Below are positions 9,545 through 18,607 of a stretch of DNA of 30,241 nt, one piece after another. The stretch spans positions 1-30,241 of the forward strand of contig CAYLWA010000001.1 of the NCBI GenBank assembly GCA_964387335.1. Reading direction: 5' to 3'. The notes beneath the pieces are model-generated. The model saw only the letters and a program-made list of their open reading frames with translations, searched no databases and was not told the DNA's origin. The position numbers and the translations under genes are program-made. Position 1 is the stretch's first letter. Every line of letters begins with the position of its first letter. This DNA comes from an uncultured Candidatus Saccharibacteria bacterium. GTDB taxonomy: Bacteria; Patescibacteriota; Minisyncoccia; Phycocordibacterales; DATDWN01.

Positions 9545-10236
9545 GTGTTGTTATTCCAACATACAATGAAGCTGAAAGTATCAAAGGAATAATTGAAAGA
9601 TTTTTTGCAACAAACCTTGTTGATGAGGTTGTTGCGGTTGATAATAATGCTCTTGGTAATACAAAAGAAGAGATATTGAAGACAAAAGCTAAATATGTAA
9701 GAGAAACAAAACAGGGCTATGGTTTTGCCCTAATGAGAGGCCTTTTGGAGTCATCTGGTGATCTTATTGTTATGTGTGAAGCTGACGGAACAGCTGACCC
9801 AGAAGATATACACAAATTTTTACTTTATAGTGATGATTTTCCTGTTGTTTTAAGCACAAGAACATCTAGGGCGTCAATATGGTCAGGTGCGTTTATGCCA
9901 TTTCCTGTGAGGTTCGGTAATTGGTTTTGGGCAAAAGTGGTAGAAGTTTTATATAATGGCCCAGGTCTTACTGATATTGGTTGCACTTATAAACTTATAT
10001 CAAAAGAGGCTCTTTCAAAAATTAAAGATCTGTTTGTAATGTCAGATGGTGATGGTAAATTTTCTCCTGAATTTATAATTTGGGTGTTGAGAAGAAAAAT
10101 TAAACTAATTGAAATACCAGTAATGTTTAGGCCAAGAATAGGGAAGTCAATGTATACAGGAAGTGTTTTAAAAGCTGCCAAGCTTGGTTTTTTTGAGATG
10201 ATAATGATTATTAGATATTTATTTAAAAAGATATGA
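9523..10236 (+). CDS. GT2 polyprenol-phosphate glycosyltransferase (DPM1-like)
   Basis: VVIPTYNE, VDNN, QGYG, EADGT (DxD-like), DIGCTYK, IEIPV.FRPRIGKS. Confidence 0.88.
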   Translation: MYKSKKVSVVIPTYNEAESIKGIIERFFATNLVDEVVAVDNNALGNTKEEILKTKAKYVRETKQGYGFALMRGLLESSGDLIVMCEADGTADPEDIHKFLLYSDDFPVVLSTRTSRASIWSGAFMPFPVRFGNWFWAKVVEVLYNGPGLTDIGCTYKLISKEALSKIKDLFVMSDGDGKFSPEFIIWVLRRKIKLIEIPVMFRPRIGKSMYTGSVLKAAKLGFFEMIMIIRYLFKKI

Positions 10237-11699
10237 TTTTTTATTTTAAAAAATACCAAATTGAAATAGCATCTTTTTTGTCTACTTTTTTTATTGCTTT
10301 TGTTTTATTTAATCTAACTAGTATGAGGTTTCCAAATGACGATCAGTTTATACTTTATCGTTATGTTGACAATATAGTTTCTGGAAATGGTTTTGTCTTT
10401 AATGTTGGTGAAAAAGTTTTAGGATCAACAACGCCTTTATTTACTATTGTTTCTTCTTTATTTTCTTACATATTTAAAAGTGTTTATATACCAGACATTG
10501 TTGCTTATTTAAATATATTTTTACTTTCAATAAGTTCCGTTTTCGTTTTCAAAATAGCCAAAAGACTTTCTGTAAATGATGTCTATTCCTATGTCCTAGT
10601 TTTAATTTATTCTCTAAATATGTCCAAAATGATACCGGAAGGTATGGAAACTCCAATGTTTTTAGTTTTTACTCTATCAGCCGTTTACTGTCTTTTAACA
10701 GAAAAAAGAAAACTATCAGCTGTTTTATTATCACTTTCCCTTATTACAAGACCTGATTCCATATTGATAGCTTTTTTATTTTTAATCTTCTGGTATTTGA
10801 ATTTTAAAATCAAAGAAACAATAAGACTTGTTTCGATATCAATATTGGTGGCTTTGCCTTGGCTTATATTTGCGGTATTTTATTTTGGTTCTTTTATACC
10901 GCAATCACTTTTAGCTAAGATGCATTCATCTGACATAGTTAGGATGCCAGAGTATCAAGCGTTCAAAGTTCAACTTGCAAGTATCAGTCGTATTTATTGG
11001 GGTTCCGTTATAGATTATCAAAGGATAATACTTCAAGTTATTTTGAATCTAATACCGGTTTTAGTTATGATCTTTTTATTCATTAAAAATGTTATAAATC
11101 GTAATAATTGGATTGTCTTAGGAATTCCTGTTATATATTTTATTGCTTTCTCTTTATCAAATCCGATTATGTTTCCTTGGTATGTCTCCCAGATAGAACC
11201 TTTTTGGCTTATAGTTTCTTTTGTTGGTTTGTATAGTTTTATAACAAAATTAAATATTAAATATATACATCTTTTACTTTTATTTCTTTTAGTTTTTCCA
11301 ATCATTTCTTTTACTAAAAGGGTTACAAGTGATGATGTTGGCAGTAAAACAGCTTTATTTTTAAGCGCTGATTATTTAAGCAAGCATTTAAAAGACAATC
11401 AAACAGTTGGTATTAGTAATATTGGAATAGTATCTTTTGAGACGAAAGCAAAAATAGTAGATTTCTTTGGATTAGTCAGGCCGGATTCTGTTTTATATTA
11501 TCCAATTAAAAATGGTTGTTTTAAAAAAGATGAACTTTATGTGATTCCACCAGATCTTATAAAAGATAGTAGACCAGACTTTCTTGTTGCTGGTGATGGT
11601 GAAATGGATCCCTGTTTTAAGAAAAGTTCTTGGTTTAAAAATAATTATAAAGAAAATTTTAGAATAGGATCTTTGGGGATTTACAGTCTGACAAAATAA
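10233..11699 (+). CDS. GT-C membrane glycosyltransferase, AftB (arabinofuranosyltransferase)-like
   Basis: Polytopic. The first external loop DDQFILYRYVDNIVSGNGFVFNVGEKVLGSTT, plus GMET and RPD, parallel motifs I recall for mycobacterial AftB (DD..VLR.V.N...GNGPVFN.GERV...TS / GLES / RPE). ATGA overlap with the GT2. Confidence 0.75.
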   Translation: MIFYFKKYQIEIASFLSTFFIAFVLFNLTSMRFPNDDQFILYRYVDNIVSGNGFVFNVGEKVLGSTTPLFTIVSSLFSYIFKSVYIPDIVAYLNIFLLSISSVFVFKIAKRLSVNDVYSYVLVLIYSLNMSKMIPEGMETPMFLVFTLSAVYCLLTEKRKLSAVLLSLSLITRPDSILIAFLFLIFWYLNFKIKETIRLVSISILVALPWLIFAVFYFGSFIPQSLLAKMHSSDIVRMPEYQAFKVQLASISRIYWGSVIDYQRIILQVILNLIPVLVMIFLFIKNVINRNNWIVLGIPVIYFIAFSLSNPIMFPWYVSQIEPFWLIVSFVGLYSFITKLNIKYIHLLLLFLLVFPIISFTKRVTSDDVGSKTALFLSADYLSKHLKDNQTVGISNIGIVSFETKAKIVDFFGLVRPDSVLYYPIKNGCFKKDELYVIPPDLIKDSRPDFLVAGDGEMDPCFKKSSWFKNNYKENFRIGSLGIYSLTK

Positions 11700-11705
11700 A
11701 TATTT

Positions 11706-12971
11706 ATGGATTTATCAAATATTACAAAAATAGAAAATAGTTTAATTCTCCTTGATATAGATGGTACTCTAACAGTAGATGATAAAAATTATATTGAAGG
11801 GGATTTGTTAAATACAATTAAAAAAATTCCAAAAAGTAATTCAACATTTCTTTGTTCAAATGGATCTTTTTCTAGAAATCAAGAAATTTCTAAAATGTTA
11901 GATATACCACTTACAAACCATTTATTTAAAAAACCAAGTAGGAAGTGTTTGTCTGGTATTCCAGAAATTGAAAATAAAGTAGTGGTTGGTGATAAATATT
12001 TAACTGATGGGTTATTTTCCTTAAACACAGGAGCTTCATTTTTAAAAGTAAAAAGGGTTGTTGATGGAGAGGAAGATTTTTATGTTAAATTTTCTTACTT
12101 CATAGATGATATTTTTGGCCCTGTTATATTTAAAATATTTCCTTTTATTAAAGTTTTAAGGTTAAATCATCTTGTCAAAAATTTTATAATATTTGCTCCA
12201 TTGTTTTTTGCTGGGGAAATATTTAATAAGGATATTTTATTTAATTTGATCAAAGCTTTTCTTTCCTTTTCTTTTTTAGCATCAGCTGTCTATATAATAA
12301 ATGATATTTCAGATTTAAAATCAGACAGAGAACACAGTTGGAAAAGTTTTAGACCTCTTGCAATAGGTATTTTAAAAAAAAGAGATGCTATTTTATTTGC
12401 AATATCTTTGATTGTATTAAGTTTAGCTTTGGCCTACGGACTTAATATGTTGTATTTTATGCTCTCTCTTTATTTTTTTATCAATATTTTATATACATTT
12501 AAAATCAAGAAAAAAAATATCCTAGATATTATTCTCATAGCTTTTTTATATTGTATTAGGATTTTGGTTGGCGGTTTGGTTTCTGGTGTTTACATCTCTC
12601 CTTGGATAATTTTGACAGTTTTTTTTGGCGCTCTTTTTATAACATCCTGTAAAAGATATTCACAAATAAAAAACAATAACCAGAAAACACTTTTCGGTTA
12701 CGATGAAAATTTGATCAATTTTACAATGTTGTTTTCAGCTATTCTTTCATCTGGAACTTACGGTATTTGGAGTATTTTGGAGCATAAAAATACTTTTTTG
12801 GTTTATTCAACAATTCCAGTTGTCTTTGTTGTCTTTAAAATGGTAGAGTATACATACAAATTTCCAGAAAGATCTGAATCCCCAGAAATTTTAGTTTTTA
12901 AAGATCGGTGGATTCTAGCAACTTTTTGTATTTGGTTATTATTTGTCTTTTATATTTTTTATTTAATATGA
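11706..12971 (+). CDS. Fusion: YqeG-like HAD-IIIA phosphatase (aa ~1-140) plus UbiA-family polyprenyl-phosphate phosphoribosyltransferase (DPPR-synthase type)
   Basis: HAD motifs DIDGT, CSN, KKP, GDKYLTDG. UbiA motifs RLNHLVKN..IFAPLFF, YIINDISDLKSDREH..K..RPLA.G, KK..ILDI, KRY. Confidence 0.88.
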   Translation: MDLSNITKIENSLILLDIDGTLTVDDKNYIEGDLLNTIKKIPKSNSTFLCSNGSFSRNQEISKMLDIPLTNHLFKKPSRKCLSGIPEIENKVVVGDKYLTDGLFSLNTGASFLKVKRVVDGEEDFYVKFSYFIDDIFGPVIFKIFPFIKVLRLNHLVKNFIIFAPLFFAGEIFNKDILFNLIKAFLSFSFLASAVYIINDISDLKSDREHSWKSFRPLAIGILKKRDAILFAISLIVLSLALAYGLNMLYFMLSLYFFINILYTFKIKKKNILDIILIAFLYCIRILVGGLVSGVYISPWIILTVFFGALFITSCKRYSQIKNNNQKTLFGYDENLINFTMLFSAILSSGTYGIWSILEHKNTFLVYSTIPVVFVVFKMVEYTYKFPERSESPEILVFKDRWILATFCIWLLFVFYIFYLI

Positions 12972-14002
12972 AATATTTTATTACAGGCGGTTCGGGTTTT
13001 TTGGGCATAAATATGGTTAGATTTTTGCTTGAAAGAGGTGATGAAGTTGTAAGTTACGACATAGTCCCTTTTTCTTATAAAGAGAAAAATAAAATTATTT
13101 CTCATATTGGAGACATAAGAGATTTGGAAAAAATGACAAGTTTAATGTCTGGTTGTGATGTTGTAATACATACAGCAGCAGCATTACCCCTTTATTCAAA
13201 AGAAGACATAATTTCAACTGATATTTTAGGAACAGAAAATGTTTGTAAGGCTTGTAAGACAAATAAGATAAAAAAACTTATACATATTTCTTCAACTGCT
13301 GTTTATGGTATTCCAGATCATCATCCACTCAAAGAGAGTGATAAACTTTCTGGTGTTGGTGATTATGGTGTGGCAAAAATAGAGGCCGAGAAAATATGTC
13401 AAAAATATAAATCAAAAGATCTTGCTGTCACAATACTTAGACCAAAATCTTTTATTGGACCAGAGCGACTAGGTGTCTTTGCGCTTTTTTACGACTGGGC
13501 ATCAACAGGACATAATTTTCCAATGATAGGAGATGGAAACAACAGATATCAGCTTTTAGATGTTTATGATCTTTGCAATGCTATATATATTTGCTCTATA
13601 ACAGATAAATCAGAAGTTAATGATATTTTCAATATAGGAGCAACTTCTTTTACTACTATGAAGGAAGATTATCAAGCGGTTTTAGACGTTGCTGGATTTG
13701 GAAAAAAAGTTATTGGACTTCCTGCTTTACCCATAATCTTTTTATTGAGAGTTTTAGAATTTTTTAAATTATCACCTATATATAAATGGGTTTATGAGAC
13801 TGCGTCAAAAGATAGTTTTGTATCGGTAGAGAAGGCCCAGAAAGCTTTTGGTTTTAATCCAATTTATTCCAACAAAGATGCACTTATAAGAAATTATAAA
13901 TGGTATTTGGAAAATAAAAATACTTTTTCTGATATTTCTGGTGTTTCTCATAGGGTTCCGTGGAAACAAGGAATATTATCTCTTGCAAAGTTATTTTTTT
14001 AA
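12968..14002 (+). CDS. Extended SDR, NAD-dependent epimerase/dehydratase (3-beta-HSD-like)
   Basis: TGGSGFLG, HTAA, SSTAVYG, YGVAK (YxxxK). ATG 12968 forms an ATGA overlap with the upstream stop; the track's start at 12908 is rejected. Confidence 0.9.
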   Translation: MKYFITGGSGFLGINMVRFLLERGDEVVSYDIVPFSYKEKNKIISHIGDIRDLEKMTSLMSGCDVVIHTAAALPLYSKEDIISTDILGTENVCKACKTNKIKKLIHISSTAVYGIPDHHPLKESDKLSGVGDYGVAKIEAEKICQKYKSKDLAVTILRPKSFIGPERLGVFALFYDWASTGHNFPMIGDGNNRYQLLDVYDLCNAIYICSITDKSEVNDIFNIGATSFTTMKEDYQAVLDVAGFGKKVIGLPALPIIFLLRVLEFFKLSPIYKWVYETASKDSFVSVEKAQKAFGFNPIYSNKDALIRNYKWYLENKNTFSDISGVSHRVPWKQGILSLAKLFF

Positions 14003-14061
14003 TATACAAAATATTCAATTTCAAATCCAGACTGTCAACTGTATAAGTTTGCAACTAAGCT

Positions 14062-14067
14062 TATAAT
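14062..14067 (+). promoter_or_regulatory. -10 box for the second GT-C gene (leaderless)
   Basis: TATAAT 14062-14067, ATG 14074 (6 nt spacer), in a 71-bp intergenic gap. Confidence 0.5.
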
Positions 14068-14073
14068 ATAAAA

Positions 14074-15744
14074 ATGTCAAATATAAGCCAAATTAAGTCT
14101 TTTGTTTCAAAACCTTATTTTATTTTTTCAATAATTCTATTGGTTTTTTTGGGATTAAGGATTGGTCAAGTACAGAGGCCACTTCATCAAGATGAATATA
14201 AATGGCCACTTTATTCCCATCCAGAAGTTTATCCACCGGGTTCGGTTCCACATCCTCCACTTACTGAATATTTTTTTAAGATAACTCATATTGTTTTTGG
14301 TGAAGATTTGTACAGAGGCACACCTCTTGTTTTGAGTTTTATAAATTTACTTCTACTATTTTTCTTTATAAAAAGGAGATTTGACCTTAAAACAGCACTT
14401 GTTTCATCTTTTTTGTTTTCAATATCTTTTTATAGTATTTTAGGTTCTTTAACTGTTGATACTGATGGCGCTATTTTGGCAATGTTTACTTTATTATCAT
14501 TAAATTTATATGATCTTGTTTTGTTGAATTGGCCAAACAAAAAGGTCTATCCGGTTTTACTTTTGGTTTTTATGATACTTGGTTTTATGGTAAAGCTTAG
14601 TTTTATCCTCATACCAATTTCACTTTTTATTGATTTTATTATTTTAAATAGGAAAAAATTAGACAAACGTAAAGTATTTTTTATTGTTATTTCTGCTTTC
14701 GTTTTTATAGCACTTTCTGCTTTATTTCTTTTTGTTTCTAAGTATATCTTTAATGGTTTTAGTTTAGAAAAGGGTATTAAGTATTGGAAGACATTTATGA
14801 GAGGATTTTTTGATCGTAATTTTTTTCAAACTTTTATACAGTTTATAAAATCAATATTTTATCTTTCTCCGCTTTTAGTTTTTGGTTCTCTGCTTTCTAT
14901 AAAATATAAAAATACCAAATTAAATCTTTTTTATATATACACAATAGTAGGACTCGTATTTTATTTGATACTTTTTGATTTTTCAATAGGGGCACTTGAT
15001 AGGTATTTGGTATTTTTGGTTATACCAACAATCACTTTAACTTCATATTTTTTGGTTTCCGTTTTTGATGATTTGAAATATAGTTTTAATAAAAAAATAT
15101 TATCGTCTGGATTGGTGGTGATTATTTTAGCTTATATCTTGCAATTTAAAAATCAGTATGTGCCACCACTTCATCCAAAATCAGATTGGATAGATAGGAT
15201 ATTTTCTTTAAAATGGGATTTTTTGTATCCTTTTTCTGGTGGATCTGGGCCTCTTGGTTTTTATATCTCTTTTTCTTTTCTGGCTATTTGTTTTATTTTT
15301 GGTTTAGTGTTGTCTTTATTGTTTATTTTTTCAAACAAGAAAAAAGAATTTGCTCTGATTTTGCTTTTAGTCGGTTTAGTTTATAACTTAAATTTTGCAG
15401 AAGAATTCAATCTTGGAAAAATAAACGGTTATTCTCCAAAACTTGTTTTAAACGCTGTCCAATATATAAAAAACAATAAAGATATTAAAAGTGTTTTAGT
15501 TTATAATGATAATGGTGGTTTTAATATAAGACAGTTTGGTAAATATGAGAGAAGAGTTTATGCTGTGCCAGAATTTGAATCTTCATATAAAGAGATATTT
15601 GCAAATTTTAAAGGATATTTTCTTTTTGTTGATATTCCGAAAATAAAAAAAGGAAGTTTATATTATGATTATATAGAAAGTTGTAAAGAGGTTTATTTTG
15701 ATTCTGATAAATACATAACCGCCAAAGTTTTAAATTGTAAATAA
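14074..15744 (+). CDS. GT-C membrane glycosyltransferase (ArnT/PMT-like)
   Basis: About 12-13 hydrophobic segments; first loop RPLHQDE acidic pair; VDTDG; soluble C-terminal domain. Confidence 0.75.
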   Translation: MSNISQIKSFVSKPYFIFSIILLVFLGLRIGQVQRPLHQDEYKWPLYSHPEVYPPGSVPHPPLTEYFFKITHIVFGEDLYRGTPLVLSFINLLLLFFFIKRRFDLKTALVSSFLFSISFYSILGSLTVDTDGAILAMFTLLSLNLYDLVLLNWPNKKVYPVLLLVFMILGFMVKLSFILIPISLFIDFIILNRKKLDKRKVFFIVISAFVFIALSALFLFVSKYIFNGFSLEKGIKYWKTFMRGFFDRNFFQTFIQFIKSIFYLSPLLVFGSLLSIKYKNTKLNLFYIYTIVGLVFYLILFDFSIGALDRYLVFLVIPTITLTSYFLVSVFDDLKYSFNKKILSSGLVVIILAYILQFKNQYVPPLHPKSDWIDRIFSLKWDFLYPFSGGSGPLGFYISFSFLAICFIFGLVLSLLFIFSNKKKEFALILLLVGLVYNLNFAEEFNLGKINGYSPKLVLNAVQYIKNNKDIKSVLVYNDNGGFNIRQFGKYERRVYAVPEFESSYKEIFANFKGYFLFVDIPKIKKGSLYYDYIESCKEVYFDSDKYITAKVLNCK

Positions 15745-15746
15745 AA

Positions 15747-16655
15747 ATGGAACCAATTTGTCATATATGCAACAGTAAAAGCAGATTTTATTTAAACAAA
15801 GACGACTTTGATCTTTTTAAGTGTTCTTCTTGCGGTTTAGTTTTTGTCAGTCCTCAACCACAAGAAGATTTTTTGGTAAAAAGCTTATATTCTTATGAAT
15901 CTGGTTATCAATCAAACAGAGCAAGACAAGATCTTTCTTCTACAAAAGAACAAGAAAGATTTACTGTTGCCTTTGATTATTTAGAGAAAATTAAATCTGG
16001 TGGCAAAGTTTTAGATGTTGGCTGTGGAAATGGACAAATGCTCTATTGGGCTAAAAAAAGAGGTTTTAATCCTTTTGGGGTTGAGGTAAATGAGAGAACA
16101 GCTCTTTGTGCAAAGTCTTATGGTTTTGATGTTTATATAGGTCTTTTAAGAGATTCTCATTTTCCAAAAAAAACTTTTGATATTATTTTTTTAGGGGAGA
16201 TAATAGAACATGTAAATTCACCCAAGGATTTTATAGAAGAATGCTCGGAATTTCTAAAAGATGATGGGGTTATTGCCATAACAACACCAAATATAAATTG
16301 TTATTGGTCAAAGACAACTTTTTTCTTTTATAAGATTTTTAAAATACCATGGTCGTCAGTCACACCACCATATCATCTTTTTCAGTTTGACTATAAAAAT
16401 TTAGATTTATTTATGGGTCAGTTTGGTTTTATTTGTGATAAGGAGTTGTTTTTAAGGATACCTCCTTTAAAATATGAACTCGGAATGCTTCATCTGCTTA
16501 AAAGATACAAAAAGACTAAAAAAATATTTGATTTCTTTTTTATGATTTGTAGTTATGTTTTATACACAATAACTCATTTTATCTTCAAGGTCTTACACCC
16601 ATTTCTTCAAACTGATTTTCAGATGATTAAAATATATAAAAAAAGAAATGTCTAA
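15747..16655 (+). CDS. Class I SAM-dependent methyltransferase with N-terminal Zn-ribbon
   Basis: CHIC...CSSCG; VLDVGCGNG; GVEVN; FDII...EIIEHV..P; ITTPN. Confidence 0.9.
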   Translation: MEPICHICNSKSRFYLNKDDFDLFKCSSCGLVFVSPQPQEDFLVKSLYSYESGYQSNRARQDLSSTKEQERFTVAFDYLEKIKSGGKVLDVGCGNGQMLYWAKKRGFNPFGVEVNERTALCAKSYGFDVYIGLLRDSHFPKKTFDIIFLGEIIEHVNSPKDFIEECSEFLKDDGVIAITTPNINCYWSKTTFFFYKIFKIPWSSVTPPYHLFQFDYKNLDLFMGQFGFICDKELFLRIPPLKYELGMLHLLKRYKKTKKIFDFFFMICSYVLYTITHFIFKVLHPFLQTDFQMIKIYKKRNV

Positions 16656-17736
16656 ACCAAAAATTCTATTTTTAATAAACTCTCTCGGTATTGGTGGTGC
16701 TGAAAGGGTTTTTGTAAGAGAGATAAATTCTTTAAATTCAATGGGTTTTAAAGATATCTATATTTCCACAATATTTAAAACTAAAGATATAAATATAGAA
16801 AAAGATTTATTCTTGGATAAAGATAAGTTTTTGAAGCTTGATTCAACCAACTTACTTTCTTTAAATAAGTTTTTTAAATTAGTTGGTTTTATAAAAAAGA
16901 ATAAAATTGAAATTGTTTATTCAACATTAAATGAAGCAAATATTTGGTCAAGAACTCTTAAATTATTTATTCCAACATTGAAGATTTTTATAAGGGAAGC
17001 CAATGTTGCTGATTTTAAACCTTTTAAATTTAAAATCTTAGATATTTTTTTAAATTTATTTACTTTTAAGATTGTAGCTGTTTCTTTTGGGGTTAAAGAA
17101 AGTCTTTTAAAATTTTTACCTTTCTATGAAAAAAAGATTGTTGTTATTTCAAACGGCGTTGATTTGCCAAATTTATCAAAAGATTACAGCAACATTAAAT
17201 CACCTTTACATTTTTTAAATGTTGGCAGTTTAACTTTAAAAAAAGGCCAAAAGTTTTTAATTGAAGGGGTAGCTAAGGTTCTTTCTGTCAGACCTAATTC
17301 AATTATTTTAGATATATATGGTGATGGTCAAGAGTTTGATAACCTAAGTTCTCTGATAGGTGATTTTAAAGATAATATTAAAATCCATAAACCTGTCTTG
17401 AAAGATGAGTTAAATAAAATATATTTAAACTCAGATGTTTTTGTTCTTAGTTCTCTTTATGAAGGATCTCCAAATGTATTACTTGAAGCAATGTCTTTTG
17501 GTCTTTGTTCCATCTCAACTGCTGTAAGTGGGGCAGAGGATATAATAAAAGATAGAGATTCTGGAATTTTGATTTCTAAAAAATCATCAGAGGCCATCAA
17601 AGATGTTATAATAGAATTGATTGATAATAAAGAGAAATTATCTTTTTATGGCGAGAATGCAAGGAAAAGGATTAACGATAATTTTTCTTTTAATATTCAT
17701 ATGGAAAAAATAATCAGATTGTTTAATTTAAAATAA
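16648..17736 (+). CDS. GT4 glycosyltransferase
   Basis: LGIGGAE, VGSLTLKKG, EGSPNVLLEAMSFG. Confidence 0.92.
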   Translation: MSKPKILFLINSLGIGGAERVFVREINSLNSMGFKDIYISTIFKTKDINIEKDLFLDKDKFLKLDSTNLLSLNKFFKLVGFIKKNKIEIVYSTLNEANIWSRTLKLFIPTLKIFIREANVADFKPFKFKILDIFLNLFTFKIVAVSFGVKESLLKFLPFYEKKIVVISNGVDLPNLSKDYSNIKSPLHFLNVGSLTLKKGQKFLIEGVAKVLSVRPNSIILDIYGDGQEFDNLSSLIGDFKDNIKIHKPVLKDELNKIYLNSDVFVLSSLYEGSPNVLLEAMSFGLCSISTAVSGAEDIIKDRDSGILISKKSSEAIKDVIIELIDNKEKLSFYGENARKRINDNFSFNIHMEKIIRLFNLK

Positions 17737-17737
17737 A

Positions 17738-18559
17738 ATGAAAAAATTGGCTGAAAAACAATATTGGGATTCTGTTTATAATAAAATGAATGATTTAAGT
17801 GATAATAAATTTTCATTTAAAGATCTTATTAAAAATTTAACCAGAGATTTTAGTAACTTTTTAATTTGGGAAGAAATCTTACCTAGATTTTTCAAGCAAA
17901 ATAAAGATATTAAGGTCTTGGAGGTTGGTTGTGCCCCTGGTAAATATTTGTATAAAATGAAAGAACTTTTTTTATATGAACCTTTTGGGGTCGATTATTC
18001 AGAAAAAGGAGTCCTGATTACTAGGGAATTTTTTAGAAAAAACGGATTAAATCCGGAAAATATTATACAAGCCGATGTCTTTGATGAAGATTTTCAGAAT
18101 AAAAATAAAGACAGATTTGATGTTGTCTTTTCTCGCGGTTTTATTGAACATTTTGATAATGTATCTTCTGTCGTTGATATGCACACAAACTTACTAAAAA
18201 AAGATGGATTGTTGTTTATAATGATACCTAATTTGCAAGGACTCAATTATTTTTTCGGTAAATTTTTAAATATAGATTCTTTCATCCTTCATAATTTAGA
18301 CATAATGAATAAAGACAATTTCAAATCTCTTTTTAAAGAAGATAAGTTTCAAACTCTATTTTTAGATTATGTTGGCGTTTTTAGTTTTGGTCTTTTTAAT
18401 ACAAATAAAAGATGGAAATATCTGCTTTATAGAATACTTTTGTTAATACAAAGACCTTTTGATTTCTGTTTTAGAGTTTTATATAAATTAGGTTTTAATA
18501 TAAAATCTAGATATTCAAGCCCTTATTTGCTTTTTATTGGTATAAAAAAGGGTGTATAA
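17738..18559 (+). CDS. Class I SAM-dependent methyltransferase
   Basis: VLEVGCAPG, GVDYS, FDVVFS.GFIEHF, IMIPN. Confidence 0.9.
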   Translation: MKKLAEKQYWDSVYNKMNDLSDNKFSFKDLIKNLTRDFSNFLIWEEILPRFFKQNKDIKVLEVGCAPGKYLYKMKELFLYEPFGVDYSEKGVLITREFFRKNGLNPENIIQADVFDEDFQNKNKDRFDVVFSRGFIEHFDNVSSVVDMHTNLLKKDGLLFIMIPNLQGLNYFFGKFLNIDSFILHNLDIMNKDNFKSLFKEDKFQTLFLDYVGVFSFGLFNTNKRWKYLLYRILLLIQRPFDFCFRVLYKLGFNIKSRYSSPYLLFIGIKKGV

Positions 18560-18572
18560 AAAATACAATACA

Positions 18573-18601
18573 TTGAAAAAAAGTCCTTACGGTGTTAGAT
18601 T
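18573..18601 (+). promoter_or_regulatory. Internal promoter TTGAAA-17-TAGATT with extended TG, leaderless into the TupA gene
   Basis: TTGAAA 18573-18578, TG 18593-18594, TAGATT 18596-18601, ATG 18608. Confidence 0.6.
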
Positions 18602-18607
18602 TAATAT

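Noticed and set aside
11706-12971. UbiA as a quinone-biosynthesis prenyltransferase
   Set aside because: The motifs (HLVKN..IFAPLFF, KK..ILDI), the phosphatase fusion and the GT-C context match the phosphoribosyltransferase branch.
14003-14073. Small palindromes AACT-N5-AGTT and AGTT-N3-AACT upstream of the GT-C promoter
   Set aside because: 4-bp arms are expected by chance at this base composition.
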